A stretch of 43,805 nucleotides of DNA from an uncultured Clostridia bacterium (GTDB lineage: Bacteria; Bacillota; Clostridia; Christensenellales; UBA1242): contig CAKVEY010000001.1 in assembly GCA_934746185.1 (NCBI GenBank), forward strand, positions 1 to 43,805, written 5' to 3'. Within the stretch, counting starts at the first letter, position 1, and the number at the start of each line of letters is the position of its first letter. Under the pieces are notes generated by a model. The model ran no database searches, had not been told where the DNA came from, and saw nothing but the letters and a program-made list of their open reading frames with translations. Shown piece by piece: positions 1-10,453 of this stretch. The position numbers and the translations under genes are program-made.

Positions 1-1174
1 TTGTTGTAGCACCTGTTCGTGTAATTTCTTTTCTATCTAACATTTTAAGCAAATTTACAAAATTGTCAACTGTTAAAGTAATATTTTCTTCAAAATTTAA
101 TTCATTTTGCTTCATAAGTCTTAAAATATCGCTCATTATAAAGTTGCTAACTTGTTTTGGATTATCAAATTTTTTAATAGTTTCTTCAAAATAATCCGAA
201 ATTTGTTTATCATTTGTTAAAACTTTGGCGTCATATTCAGGTAGATTATATTTTTCAATATATTCTTTTCTTCTAACTCTTGGAAGTCTTGGAAGATTTT
301 TATAAATTTCTTCAACATAATCTTTATCAATTTTAATTGGTAATAAATCTGGGTCTGGGAAATATTTATAATCGTTACTTTCTTCTTTACTTCTTAAACT
401 AAAATTCTCACCTAATTCATCGTCCCAACGCAAAGTTTCTTGTTTTACAGTTTTGCCTTGGTTATATAAATTAATTTGTCTATTAATTTCATAATCTATT
501 GCTCGTTGAACAGCTTTAAAACTAGACATATTTTTCATTTCGGTTCTGTGATTTAACACTTTTGAACCTTTTTCTCTAACTGAAACATTAACATCGCAAC
601 GCAAACTACCTTCTTGCATTTTACAGTCCGAAACATCAATATACTTTAAAGTTTCTTTAATTGTATCTAACACTTTAACTGCTTCATCGCTTGAAGTTAT
701 ATCTGGTTCGGTTACTATTTCAATTAGTGGAACACTGCAACGGTTAAAATCAATTAAACTTGCATTTAACACTCCATCGTGAGTAAGTTTTCCTGCGTCT
801 TCTTCTAGGTGAATACGATTTAATCGAATAGATTTTTCTCCATTTTCAGTTTCAAAAGTTATTTTACCATTTAAGCAAATTGGTTTTTCTAGTTGACTTA
901 TTTGATAAGATTTAGGCAAATCTGGATAGAAATAATTTTTTCTTTCAAAAATTGCCATATCGTTAATATCACATTCAAAAGATAATCCTGCCTTTATGCA
1001 ATATTCAAACGCTTTTTTGTTTGGCACAGGAAGAGCACCCGGAAGCCCTAAACAAACTGGACAAACTTTACTATTGCTAGACGCACCGAATTTATTTTGA
1101 CAACTACAAAAGTTTTTTGTTTTTGTTTTTAATTCGCTATGAATTTCAAGCCCCATAACTGCTTCGTATTCCAT
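1..1174 (-). CDS. gatB: Asp/Glu-tRNA amidotransferase subunit B (GatB); C-terminal part cut off by the left window edge
   Basis: Absent from the ORF track because it runs off the window. Reverse-strand reading from ATG 1174-1172 gives [31 protein letters not shown]...CLGLPGALPV, a typical GatB N-terminus. The start overlaps the gatA stop (TAATG). Gene order is the canonical gatC-gatA-gatB. Confidence 0.9.
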   Translation of the reverse strand, partial: MEYEAVMGLEIHSELKTKTKNFCSCQNKFGASSNSKVCPVCLGLPGALPVPNKKAFEYCIKAGLSFECDINDMAIFERKNYFYPDLPKSYQISQLEKPICLNGKITFETENGEKSIRLNRIHLEEDAGKLTHDGVLNASLIDFNRCSVPLIEIVTEPDITSSDEAVKVLDTIKETLKYIDVSDCKMQEGSLRCDVNVSVREKGSKVLNHRTEMKNMSSFKAVQRAIDYEINRQINLYNQGKTVKQETLRWDDELGENFSLRSKEESNDYKYFPDPDLLPIKIDKDYVEEIYKNLPRLPRVRRKEYIEKYNLPEYDAKVLTNDKQISDYFEETIKKFDNPKQVSNFIMSDILRLMKQNELNFEENITLTVDNFVNLLKMLDRKEITRTGATT

Positions 1175-2613
1175 TAAAAGTTTCCCCCTTTGTTAGTTTC
1201 AAAAAATTCTGCTGTGTTTAGTAATGTTTGTTCACTAAACTTATCACCTATTAATTGTAAACCTATTGGCATACCTAATTTATCGTTTCCACAAGGAATA
1301 CTTATTGCTGGAAGTGATGCAATATTAACAGGAACAGTGAATATATCACTTAAATACATTTTAATGTGGTCATTAATTTTTTCACCTATTTTAAATGCTG
1401 TAAAAGGTGAAGTTGGAGTTAAAATAACATCAACATTTTTAAACGCTTTATCAAATTCATTTTTAATAATTTGTTGAACTTTTTTCGCTTTTTTATAATA
1501 AGCATCATAATATCCACTAGATAAAACAAAGTTGCCTAACATTATTCTTCTTTTAACTTCTTTGCCAAAGCCTTCGGTTCGGCTTTTATAATATAAATCA
1601 ATTAAATCTTTACTATCACTTGCTCTATGACCATATCTTATACCATCATATCTACCTAAGTTACTGCACGCTTCGGCACAAGCAATTGTGTAATATGTAG
1701 GTAAAGATTTATCTATTTTATCAAGTTTAATTTCGATAATTTCTGCACCGTTATCTTTAAAGAATTTTATAGACTTATCAATTGCTTTTTTAACATCTTC
1801 GTCCATTCCCATTTCTAAAAAGTTTGTTGGAACACCAATCTTTAAGCCTTTTACATTAGGATTAAGATTTTTTAAATAATCTATTTTTTCACGATTTTCA
1901 CTAGTAAATTCTTTTTCGTCATAACCAGTAATAGCGTTTAACATAATAGCACAATCTTTAACTGTTTTTGTTAATGGCCCTATTTGGTCCAAACTACTAG
2001 CATAAGCAACTAAACCATAACGAGAAACTAAACCGTAAGTAGGTTTTAATCCAACAATTCCACAAAATGATGCTGGTTGACGAATTGAACCACCAGTGTC
2101 CGAACCTAAACTAGCGTAACATAAATTTGCTTTAACACTACAAGCACTACCACCACTACTGCCACCAGGAACTCTTGAATTATCAATAGGGTTTAAAACA
2201 TTGCCAAAAGCACTATTTTCGTTAGAACTGCCCATTGCAAATTCGTCCATATTTGCTTTACCTAGAATTATAGCACCTTCATTTTGTAATTTTTCCACAA
2301 CTGTTGCATTATAAATACTTTCATAATTTTCTAGCATTTTACTACCACAAGTAGTTTTTGTGCCAATTAAATTAATATTATCTTTAATAATAATAGGAAC
2401 GCCAGTTAAATAACTTCCTTTGCCTTCATCTAAAATTTTGTCTGCGTTTTCAGCTTCTTTTAGTGCTTCATTTGTTCTAACCGAAAGTAAAGCGTTTAGA
2501 TTTTTATTTTTTTCGATATTTTCTAAACATAATTTTGTTAGCATAACGCTTGTAACTTTTCTTTCTTTTAAAAGTTTGCTAATTTCATATAAACTTAAAT
2601 TTAAGTAATCCAT
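1174..2613 (-). CDS. gatA: Asp/Glu-tRNA amidotransferase subunit A (amidase family)
   Basis: 479 aa. Amidase signature GGSSGGSA, plus the IKDNI and [12 protein letters not shown] motifs. Start and stop overlap gatC and gatB. Confidence 0.95.
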   Translation of the reverse strand: MDYLNLSLYEISKLLKERKVTSVMLTKLCLENIEKNKNLNALLSVRTNEALKEAENADKILDEGKGSYLTGVPIIIKDNINLIGTKTTCGSKMLENYESIYNATVVEKLQNEGAIILGKANMDEFAMGSSNENSAFGNVLNPIDNSRVPGGSSGGSACSVKANLCYASLGSDTGGSIRQPASFCGIVGLKPTYGLVSRYGLVAYASSLDQIGPLTKTVKDCAIMLNAITGYDEKEFTSENREKIDYLKNLNPNVKGLKIGVPTNFLEMGMDEDVKKAIDKSIKFFKDNGAEIIEIKLDKIDKSLPTYYTIACAEACSNLGRYDGIRYGHRASDSKDLIDLYYKSRTEGFGKEVKRRIMLGNFVLSSGYYDAYYKKAKKVQQIIKNEFDKAFKNVDVILTPTSPFTAFKIGEKINDHIKMYLSDIFTVPVNIASLPAISIPCGNDKLGMPIGLQLIGDKFSEQTLLNTAEFFETNKGGNF

Positions 2614-2897
2614 TATTCCACCACCCTAGGAACAACAACCATTCCCCTTGCACTTTTTTCACTATTTTTTATAACTTCTTGTACACTTAAACTTGGTTTA
2701 ACTTCATCTTCTCTTAAATTTTTTGCGTTTATAATTTTATTAAAAGTTTCAACTTCATCTGTGTTTACGCCTTGTAATTCGTCTATTTGACTTAAAGTTT
2801 TAGCAAATTCTTCTTTAAAATTTTCTATTTCATCATCGTTAAAATTTAAACGAGATAAACTCATTAAATGTTTAACTAAATCTGTTGTAATTTCCAT
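2613..2897 (-). CDS. gatC: Asp/Glu-tRNA amidotransferase subunit C
   Basis: 94 aa. Size, the [13 protein letters not shown]...L motif, and a position directly upstream of gatA with an overlapping stop/start. Confidence 0.85.
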   Translation of the reverse strand: MEITTDLVKHLMSLSRLNFNDDEIENFKEEFAKTLSQIDELQGVNTDEVETFNKIINAKNLREDEVKPSLSVQEVIKNSEKSARGMVVVPRVVE

Positions 2898-2915
2898 AAC
2901 ATCTCCTAACTCACT

Positions 2916-2944
2916 ATTATATAATAATATTAATATTTTATCAA
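2916..2944 (-). promoter_or_regulatory. Sigma-A-type promoter for gatCAB
   Basis: Minus strand reads TTGATA (2944-2939), a 17-nt spacer, then TATAAT (2921-2916). It sits between the ligA stop and the gatC SD (AGGAG). Confidence 0.55.
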
Positions 2945-4900
2945 CTATTTATTTAATTTTTCTAATATTTCTTCTTCATTCATTGTTTTTATGCCTAATT
3001 TAGTTGCCTTATCTAGTTTACTTCCAGCGTCTTCACCTACAACAACTAAATCGGTATTTTTGCTAACACTACTAGTTACGCTAGCACCAAGTGATAATAA
3101 AATTTCAGTCAACTCTTCTCGTTTAAAGTTTTTTAGCGTTCCTGTTAAAACTATTGTTTTGTTATTAAAAAAGTTATCTTGTTGAATATTATTTTCTTTA
3201 ATTTCTTCAATTTTTACACCTTTTTCTAAAATTTTGTTTATTAAAACAATGTTTTTTTCATTTTTAAAATAATCTAAAATAGAATTTGCAACTATTTCGC
3301 CTATATCTTTGATTTTAATTAAGTCTTCACTTGTTGCATTTTTTAAGTTTTCTAAACTCTTAAATTCTTTTGCTAAATCTCTTGCTGTTTTTTTGCCAAC
3401 ATTTAAAATGCCTATTGCATATATAAATTTAGAAAGTGTAACATTTTTACTTTTTTCAATATTATTTAGTATATTTTGCGTCTTTTTCTCTTTAAAACTA
3501 TCAAGTTTAATTAAATCATCATAGGTTAAATCATATAAATCTGCAACACTTCGTAAAGACAATTTATCATAAAATAAATCAATAGTTTTATCGCTAATTC
3601 CATCAATATTCATAGCATCACGGCTAGCATAATGAACAATTCTTTCTTTTATTTGCTCTGGACAAGCATAAGTGTTATAGCAATATAAATTTGGACCTAC
3701 TGCTGTTAATTTGGCATTACAACTAGGACAATTAGTTATTTTTTCAATTTTTTCACTATTAGGTAATTTTTCAGCTAAACCTAAAATTTCAGGAATAACT
3801 TCGTTACTTCTACGAATAAAAACACGAGAATTTAACATTACTTTTTTACGCAAAATGTCTTCATAATTATTTAAAGTTGCTCTTGTTATTGTTGCACCAG
3901 CAAGTTCCACAGGCTCTAAAATTGCCCCCGGGGTTATTTTGCCTGTTCTTCCAACGGTCCAAACAATATCCTTTAAAATTGTTGATGTTTCTTCGGCTTC
4001 AAACTTAAACGCTAATGCCCATTTAGGAAATTTTATTGTGTAACCAAAAATTTCTCTATCTTTAACATTATTTAATTTTAAAACTGCCCCATCTATTAAA
4101 AAATCTAAACTATTTCGTGATACATCAATTTCTTCAAATGTTTGTTTAATTTCTTCAAAACTACCAGTCTTTTTAAAGTTTGCAACAACATAAAATTTGT
4201 TTTCTTTTAAAAAATCTTGCATTTCTTGTTGAGTTTTAAAGGTTTTACCTTCAATATAATTTACAGAGTAACAAATAACATCTAAATTTCTGCTTTTTGT
4301 AATTTTAGGGTCTAAATTTCTAAGCCCACCAGCAGCAGCATTTCGAGCATTTTTTAACAAATCGTCTGGGTGAAGTTTATTATATTTTTCAAGTGCCGAA
4401 AGTTTCATAATACATTCGCCTTGAACTACAACTGTTTGTTTATAATTAATTGTAAGTGGCACAGTTCTAATTGTTTTTACTTGTGCTAAAACATCTTCAC
4501 CAACTTGACCATTGCCACGAGTGGTTGCTTTTGTTAGTATGCCATTTTCATAGGTTAAAACGCAAGAAAGACCATCATATTTATAGTCTAAAACAAATTC
4601 TGCATTACTTACTTTGCTTTTTATATCACTAACCCATTTTTCTAAATCTTCATAATTATTTACTTTTTCAAGCGAAAAAAGTGGAACAATATGTTCTTGT
4701 TTTTTAAACCCTTTTAAAATTTCGCCACCTACTTTTTGACTAGGTGAATTAGGAAGAATAATTCCCGTTTCTTTTTCTAGTTTTAAAAGTTCATCATAAA
4801 GTTTATCCCACTCCTTATCACTTATTGTGGGATTATCTAAAACATAGTAGTTATAGTTATGTTTATTTAAAATTTCAACTAATTCGTGTAGTCTATCCAT
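2945..4900 (-). CDS. ligA: NAD-dependent DNA ligase
   Basis: 651 aa. Adenylation motif KYDGLS, a Cys4 zinc finger (CPSCNAKL...CYNTYACP), an HhH region and a C-terminal BRCT-like domain (TIVLTGTL...). Lies downstream of pcrA, as in Bacillus and Clostridium. Confidence 0.95.
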   Translation of the reverse strand: MDRLHELVEILNKHNYNYYVLDNPTISDKEWDKLYDELLKLEKETGIILPNSPSQKVGGEILKGFKKQEHIVPLFSLEKVNNYEDLEKWVSDIKSKVSNAEFVLDYKYDGLSCVLTYENGILTKATTRGNGQVGEDVLAQVKTIRTVPLTINYKQTVVVQGECIMKLSALEKYNKLHPDDLLKNARNAAAGGLRNLDPKITKSRNLDVICYSVNYIEGKTFKTQQEMQDFLKENKFYVVANFKKTGSFEEIKQTFEEIDVSRNSLDFLIDGAVLKLNNVKDREIFGYTIKFPKWALAFKFEAEETSTILKDIVWTVGRTGKITPGAILEPVELAGATITRATLNNYEDILRKKVMLNSRVFIRRSNEVIPEILGLAEKLPNSEKIEKITNCPSCNAKLTAVGPNLYCYNTYACPEQIKERIVHYASRDAMNIDGISDKTIDLFYDKLSLRSVADLYDLTYDDLIKLDSFKEKKTQNILNNIEKSKNVTLSKFIYAIGILNVGKKTARDLAKEFKSLENLKNATSEDLIKIKDIGEIVANSILDYFKNEKNIVLINKILEKGVKIEEIKENNIQQDNFFNNKTIVLTGTLKNFKREELTEILLSLGASVTSSVSKNTDLVVVGEDAGSKLDKATKLGIKTMNEEEILEKLNK

Positions 4901-4911
4901 CTTAATTCCTT

Positions 4912-7140
4912 TTATATTTTTGTTAACGGTGCTAAATTTAGCATCAATTCTTTAATACCAATTCTTTTAAAGTTAATTTTGCCCATATCACCATTTACCG
5001 ATAAAATAATTCCTTCGCCAAATTTAGTATGTAAAACTTTATCTCCCACCTTAAAATCTTTATCGTCAACAGATTTCATTTTAACTTCGGTGGCACTTTT
5101 AATAGTTTCATTTACATTATTAGGCACAGCAAAATCGTCTAATGAATTATTAAAACTTTTATAATTATTGTAAGAATTATAATTGTTTTTTTGATAGCCA
5201 TTATTGTAACTATCACTTTTTATGTAATTATTCTCATAAACTGGTTTTTCAAAACCTAAATCTTTAATATAACTAGACACTCTTTCATCGCGAGTATAGC
5301 CATACATAAATCTTCTTTTGCAACTAGATAGATATAGTCTTTCCATACCACGAGTTAAAGCAACATACATAAGTCTTCGTTCTTCTTCTTCATCGCAATC
5401 GCTATCTTGCCTATAAAGAGGAAAAATTCCATCTTCTAGCCCTATTATAAACACGCATTTAAACTCTAAGCCCTTACTTGCGTGCACTGTTGCAATAGTA
5501 ACGCAATCTTCATCTTCGTTATAACTATCCATATCGCTAACAAGAGTTACACTTTGTAAATAAGACGAAAGCGATGCGTCTTCGTTATTTTTGTAATATT
5601 CTTTAATAGATAAAACCAATTGTTCAATATTTAGCATTCGGTTTTTATCTTCTTCGTCTTTGTTTAAAAAACTTTCTAAATTTAATTTTTCAATAATATA
5701 TTCAACCAAATCGACTAAATTTAATTCATCTTTTTGCTTAATAAAATCTAAAAATAAATATTGAAGATTTAATAGTTTTGTTAAAGTTGCACCTTTTACA
5801 TCATAATTTTGTACATTTAACAAATTTTCAAGCATACTTTTAGAACTATCAAGAGCCTTTAAGTTTTCAATAGTTGCTTCACCAATATTTCGTTTAGGCC
5901 AGTTTGCAATTTTAGCAAAACTAACATCATCTTTAATGTTATTTAGCACTTTTAAATATGCTAAAAAGTTTTTAATTTCTAACCTATCATAGAACTTCAT
6001 ACCACCATATACACGATAGTTTATACCATAGTTTAAAAGTTTTTCTTCTATGTTCCTTGTAAGTGAGTTAAGTCTTACAAGCACGGCAATATCTTTATAA
6101 TTATAGTTATTAAAGTTATGTAGTGAATAAATTGTACTTGCCACATTTTCAGCTTCTTCTCTTTCATCATAGCACTTTTTATATTCAATTTGCTCACCAA
6201 GAGCATTATCTGTCCATAATTTTTTATCTATACGCTGAATATTTTTAGAAATAATTTTATTAGCGCCTTCAATAATTTTTTTAGTACTTCGATAATTTTG
6301 CTCTAACTTTATAATTTCAACATTATCAAAATCTTTTGTAAAGTTAGAAATATTTTTATAGTTTGCCCCTCTCCAACTATAAATACATTGGTCTTCATCG
6401 CCTACTACAAAAACATTGTTATCATTTCCTGCCAAAAGTTTAATAAAATCATATTGAATTTCGTTTGTATCTTGAAATTCATCTATTAAAATATGTTTAA
6501 ATTTATTTCTATAATATTTTAAAACATTTTCATTAATGCTTAAAAGCAAGTATGTTTTTTGTAGTAAATCATCAAAGTCAAAAGCGTTATTTTCACGCAT
6601 TTTATTTTCATATTTTTTTATAAACTCTATTATTTCTTCAATATCATTTTCAAAATAGTGGTCGTTTAAGTAGTTTTCTAAACTTTGAAATTTATTTTTA
6701 TAATTTGATATATGGAATAATAAATTTTTCTTAAACTTATCATCTTCAATTTTTTCATTTTTTAGTATTTCGGTTACAACTTTATTTTTATCTGCTTCGT
6801 CATAAATAGTAAAATTAGAATTATAGCCACTTAGTTTACTAGCATTTTCTCGTAAAATTCTAACACAACTAGAATGAAAAGTACTTATCCAAAGCCTTGA
6901 AACATTTAGTCCTTTTTTACTCAATCTTTCTTTCATAACACTACTTGCTTTGTTAGTAAAAGTTATTGCCAAAATATTATCGGGATTAATATATTTACAA
7001 TTTATTAAATTTAAAATTCTTTCAGTTAAAACTCTTGTTTTTCCACTACCTGCACCAGCTGTTACTAAAATATGTTTGCTATTTGATAAAACAGCAATTT
7101 TTTGCATTTCATTAAGTTTTAAATTTAAAAAATTTTCCAT
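4912..7140 (-). CDS. pcrA: ATP-dependent DNA helicase PcrA/UvrD family
   Basis: 742 aa. Walker A AGAGSGKT, DEFQDTN, the VGDEDQCIYSWRGA and TVHASKGLEF motifs, and the C-terminal KVGDKVLHTKFGEG tail typical of PcrA. Confidence 0.9.
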   Translation of the reverse strand: MENFLNLKLNEMQKIAVLSNSKHILVTAGAGSGKTRVLTERILNLINCKYINPDNILAITFTNKASSVMKERLSKKGLNVSRLWISTFHSSCVRILRENASKLSGYNSNFTIYDEADKNKVVTEILKNEKIEDDKFKKNLLFHISNYKNKFQSLENYLNDHYFENDIEEIIEFIKKYENKMRENNAFDFDDLLQKTYLLLSINENVLKYYRNKFKHILIDEFQDTNEIQYDFIKLLAGNDNNVFVVGDEDQCIYSWRGANYKNISNFTKDFDNVEIIKLEQNYRSTKKIIEGANKIISKNIQRIDKKLWTDNALGEQIEYKKCYDEREEAENVASTIYSLHNFNNYNYKDIAVLVRLNSLTRNIEEKLLNYGINYRVYGGMKFYDRLEIKNFLAYLKVLNNIKDDVSFAKIANWPKRNIGEATIENLKALDSSKSMLENLLNVQNYDVKGATLTKLLNLQYLFLDFIKQKDELNLVDLVEYIIEKLNLESFLNKDEEDKNRMLNIEQLVLSIKEYYKNNEDASLSSYLQSVTLVSDMDSYNEDEDCVTIATVHASKGLEFKCVFIIGLEDGIFPLYRQDSDCDEEEERRLMYVALTRGMERLYLSSCKRRFMYGYTRDERVSSYIKDLGFEKPVYENNYIKSDSYNNGYQKNNYNSYNNYKSFNNSLDDFAVPNNVNETIKSATEVKMKSVDDKDFKVGDKVLHTKFGEGIILSVNGDMGKINFKRIGIKELMLNLAPLTKI

Positions 7141-7205
7141 AATTTCATTATATCATAAACCCTATTATATTTTCAAATATTTAGGCTAATTTTTAAAATT
7201 TAGTA

Positions 7206-7234
7206 TTGACAATTATACTAATTTAGTTTATAGT
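7206..7234 (+). promoter_or_regulatory. Sigma-A-type promoter for the 7267 gene
   Basis: TTGACA (7206-7211), a 17-nt spacer, then TATAGT (7229-7234). An SD (AAGGA) lies about 9 nt before the ATG at 7267. Confidence 0.6.
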
Positions 7235-7266
7235 TTAATTAGAAAAAATTATAAAGGAATTTTAAA

Positions 7267-8235
7267 ATGTTAGATATTATTTATAGCAAAGTTTTAAAAT
7301 ATTTTAACGAAACAACAAAGTTGGGTTTATCAACTGAAAGTCAAGAAAAATTAGTTAACAATTATATAGCAAAAATTTATAAAAATTTTATTCCAACGCG
7401 AGATTTTTATGTAATAAGTTATGCTAATAAAGACAATTTAAAACAATATTCACAAGCATATTATGATAAATACACAAACACTTTTTTAGCACAAGATTTG
7501 CAAAAATTTAATAATGAAGAATTTAAAAAAGTTTTTGTAAGAACTGGTTTTTTAACTTTTAAAGATATTCTTATGAATCAATTAACTATTGCTTACTATA
7601 AAGAAGGCGTTAAAAGTTTAATTAAACTTTTACGAAAATGTGGTTACGACATTGAGCAAGTAAATTACTTTTTATCACAATTTAAAAATAATGATTCAAA
7701 TACTGACACTAACACAAATACAAACTCAAAGAAAAATGAAACCGAAGATAAAAAACCTGCAAGTCTTATGGACGCAGTATATAAAGATATTCGTAACTTC
7801 TTTTTACAAAATTATCTTTCAACAAGCCCTTTTAGAGTGGTTAATGTAAATCATCACAGCGAAAGCGTTTGCTATGATATTTTTACTAATGGTTATAGTG
7901 ATAGACATCTTTACGTTATTAAAGACAATATAACAAAAGAATATATGCAATGTTTTTATGATAAAAAGATAAAAAAATATATAACACAAAATTCAAGGAC
8001 ATTAGACAAAAAAGAATTTAAAAAACTATATGTTAGAAAAGGTTGTTTAAATTTTGATGAACTTAGATATAATGTTGGTTTAGAAATTTATAAGAAACAA
8101 GGTGAAGATACCTGCTTTAAATGGTTAAGAAAATGGCTAAACGAACCACAAGTTTATATTATTATAGAAAACTATAAATCAAACCTAATAGATACACCTT
8201 TAAGTGAGAATATAAACGAAGAATATACAAAATAA
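7267..8235 (+). CDS. Hypothetical protein built from two tandem copies of an unknown ~140-aa domain
   Basis: 322 aa with its own promoter and terminator. The two halves align: RDFYVISYANKDNLKQYSQAYYDKY...EEFKKVFVRTGFLTFKDIL...LLRK against RHLYVIKDNITKEYMQCFYDKK...KEFKKLYVRKGCLNFDEL...WLRK. A T/N/D-rich linker joins them. Confidence 0.7.
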   Translation: MLDIIYSKVLKYFNETTKLGLSTESQEKLVNNYIAKIYKNFIPTRDFYVISYANKDNLKQYSQAYYDKYTNTFLAQDLQKFNNEEFKKVFVRTGFLTFKDILMNQLTIAYYKEGVKSLIKLLRKCGYDIEQVNYFLSQFKNNDSNTDTNTNTNSKKNETEDKKPASLMDAVYKDIRNFFLQNYLSTSPFRVVNVNHHSESVCYDIFTNGYSDRHLYVIKDNITKEYMQCFYDKKIKKYITQNSRTLDKKEFKKLYVRKGCLNFDELRYNVGLEIYKKQGEDTCFKWLRKWLNEPQVYIIIENYKSNLIDTPLSENINEEYTK

Positions 8236-8261
8236 AAAATCGTAATTTTTACGATTTTTTT
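8234..8261. terminator. Rho-independent terminator between convergent genes
   Basis: aaaaaatcgtaa-ttt-ttacgatttttt: a hairpin flanked by an A-run and a T-run, so it can act in both directions. Confidence 0.6.
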
Positions 8262-8334
8262 ATTTTTAATTTATTTAAAATTTATATTTTTTAATTTTAT
8301 TTTATTTTTCCTTTTTTAACTTCACTTATAATTA

Positions 8335-9471
8335 TTATATATCTGCATTTATTATGCCATAACCTTCTATATTTTTATCTTTTAAAATACTTTTACAATT
8401 TGTTAATAAAATGTACTTTAATTGATTAGGGGTTATTTTAGGATATTTTTGAATTAGTAAAGCACATACGCCTGCAACTATTGGCGTTGCCACGCTAGTT
8501 CCACTCATTTTAGTAAAAAATTTGCTATTATTTTTTAAACCTTTAATGTTTACGCCACTTGCAATACAATCGGGCTTATAAAAGTTAAACGCAGGTCCAC
8601 GAGAAGAAAATTCTGCAACTTCAAAATTGCTTTCATTATAGTTTCCGTTTTCATCTCGTTTATCGTTTAACGCTCCAACCGTTATAATTTTACTTGAAAT
8701 TCCGGGGCTTTTTATTGTTTCAACTTCTGGTCCACTATTTCCTGCTGCTGCAACAACTACTATTCCACTATTCCATAATCTTTCAGCGCCAATTAATAAT
8801 GGGTCGTTACTCTTTAAAGGCGTAGCACCAAAACTCATACACACAACTTTTATATTATATTTATCCTTATTATCATAAATCCATTGCATCGCTTCTAAAA
8901 TTGTAAACGCTCCCGTTTCACCGTGATTATCTAACGCTTTTAAACTAATTATATTAGAATTTGGAGCAACACCTTTGTAATGCTTATCAATGTTGCCCTT
9001 TCCTGCAATAACGCCAGCAACAAATGTCCCGTGTCCGTTATCGTCATAAGGATAAATTTTTTCTTTAACAAAATCTTTAAAATATATTATTTTATTTTTA
9101 GGATAAACAAAATCTATATGTGGATAAATTCCCGTATCTATAACAGCAATAGTAACATTTTCTCCCGTAATATTTTCACTATGTAATTTATCAACATTAA
9201 TTATTTTTTTAGCAATATCAATTTGAGCAAATACTTTTGCTTCGCTAGTTATGTAGTCTATATGATTAAAATTTGCTAAATTATATATGTTTGTTTTATC
9301 AAGTTTTAAACCGAAAGCGTTTATAAACGGAAACTCAATAAAATTAAATTCTTTTTCTAAATATTTTTTTGTTATGTAAAAATTATTAGAATATACTAAA
9401 CATTCTAATTTTTTGTCGTTTAAACTTAATAGTTCAACTTCTTTTATTAAATTTGGGTCGATTTTCTTCAT
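8335..9471 (-). CDS. Subtilisin-like serine protease (peptidase S8) with an N-terminal propeptide-like region and no signal peptide
   Basis: 378 aa. Catalytic triad in S8 order: AVIDTGI (Asp), HGTFVAGVIAG (His), SGTSVATPIVAG (Ser). The start overlaps the stop of the upstream 92-aa ORF (TAATG). Confidence 0.85.
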   Translation of the reverse strand: MKKIDPNLIKEVELLSLNDKKLECLVYSNNFYITKKYLEKEFNFIEFPFINAFGLKLDKTNIYNLANFNHIDYITSEAKVFAQIDIAKKIINVDKLHSENITGENVTIAVIDTGIYPHIDFVYPKNKIIYFKDFVKEKIYPYDDNGHGTFVAGVIAGKGNIDKHYKGVAPNSNIISLKALDNHGETGAFTILEAMQWIYDNKDKYNIKVVCMSFGATPLKSNDPLLIGAERLWNSGIVVVAAAGNSGPEVETIKSPGISSKIITVGALNDKRDENGNYNESNFEVAEFSSRGPAFNFYKPDCIASGVNIKGLKNNSKFFTKMSGTSVATPIVAGVCALLIQKYPKITPNQLKYILLTNCKSILKDKNIEGYGIINADI

Positions 9472-9749
9472 TATTTACCTATAATTTCAATTAATTTTTT
9501 CAAATTTTCTTTCTCACTCTCATTCATCATTGGCGAAACCGTATTATAAATATTATCTAATTTCTCCTTGCTTAAATTTCCTTTTGCCTTTTCTCTACTT
9601 GCAACTTTAATTAATTCTTCATAAAGTTCACTATTAGATTTATTTTTATATTTATTAACTAGTTCATCATAATTAATATCAACCTTATTCTCCATTTGTT
9701 TTGCTTTATCTAAATTTTCATTATTTTTACAAAAATTTTCAAAATCCAC
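9471..9749 (-). CDS. Small hypothetical helical protein, translationally coupled to the S8 protease
   Basis: 92 aa, charged and helical-looking. Its stop overlaps the protease start. I recognise no family. Confidence 0.55.
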   Translation of the reverse strand: MDFENFCKNNENLDKAKQMENKVDINYDELVNKYKNKSNSELYEELIKVASREKAKGNLSKEKLDNIYNTVSPMMNESEKENLKKLIEIIGK

Positions 9750-9824
9750 AATAATTCTCCTTTTTTTATGTCTAAATTAATATATGATTTCATATATTAT
9801 AATGATAATTATTAAGGAGTTTTT

Positions 9825-10238
9825 ATGCAAAATTTATATAATAAAGGCTACAATCCTATTGTAGAAACTATGAATAACAATTATTTAAACACTTATGCTA
9901 ATATGCAAAACTATGAAGATGACTTAAATAACAATAGTAAAAACAATGAAAATAAAACACAAGAAACCTTAGATGCGACCAAAAATAACAACCAAAATAA
10001 TTTTAACAACATTAGTGGACTTTTAAATATGCTTGGTGGCAATTCTAATAATTCAATGGATTTAATGAAAAATCTAATTGGTGGAAATAACTCTTTAAAC
10101 AAAAATGACCTGATTATGAATTTATTATCAACAATGAACAACAAAACAAGCACGCAAAATTATAAAAAAACTACCACAATAAGTGATAGCGATTTTTCTA
10201 GTTTTGTATCTATTGACGATTATAATTTTGTCGATTAA
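9825..10238 (+). CDS. Asn-rich low-complexity hypothetical protein
   Basis: 137 aa. Strong SD (AAGGAG) 7 nt upstream of the ATG. The low-complexity N-rich composition lowers coding confidence. Confidence 0.5.
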   Translation: MQNLYNKGYNPIVETMNNNYLNTYANMQNYEDDLNNNSKNNENKTQETLDATKNNNQNNFNNISGLLNMLGGNSNNSMDLMKNLIGGNNSLNKNDLIMNLLSTMNNKTSTQNYKKTTTISDSDFSSFVSIDDYNFVD

Positions 10239-10242
10239 CAGA

Positions 10243-10342
<100 letters not shown>

Positions 10343-10453
10343 CTACTATAAATAAATTGTTAATTAATTGTTATAACATAGTCATAGTAATAATAATATT
10401 AACTATAAATATTTTTAAAGATTATTAGATTAAATTGCGTAAATTAAATTAGG

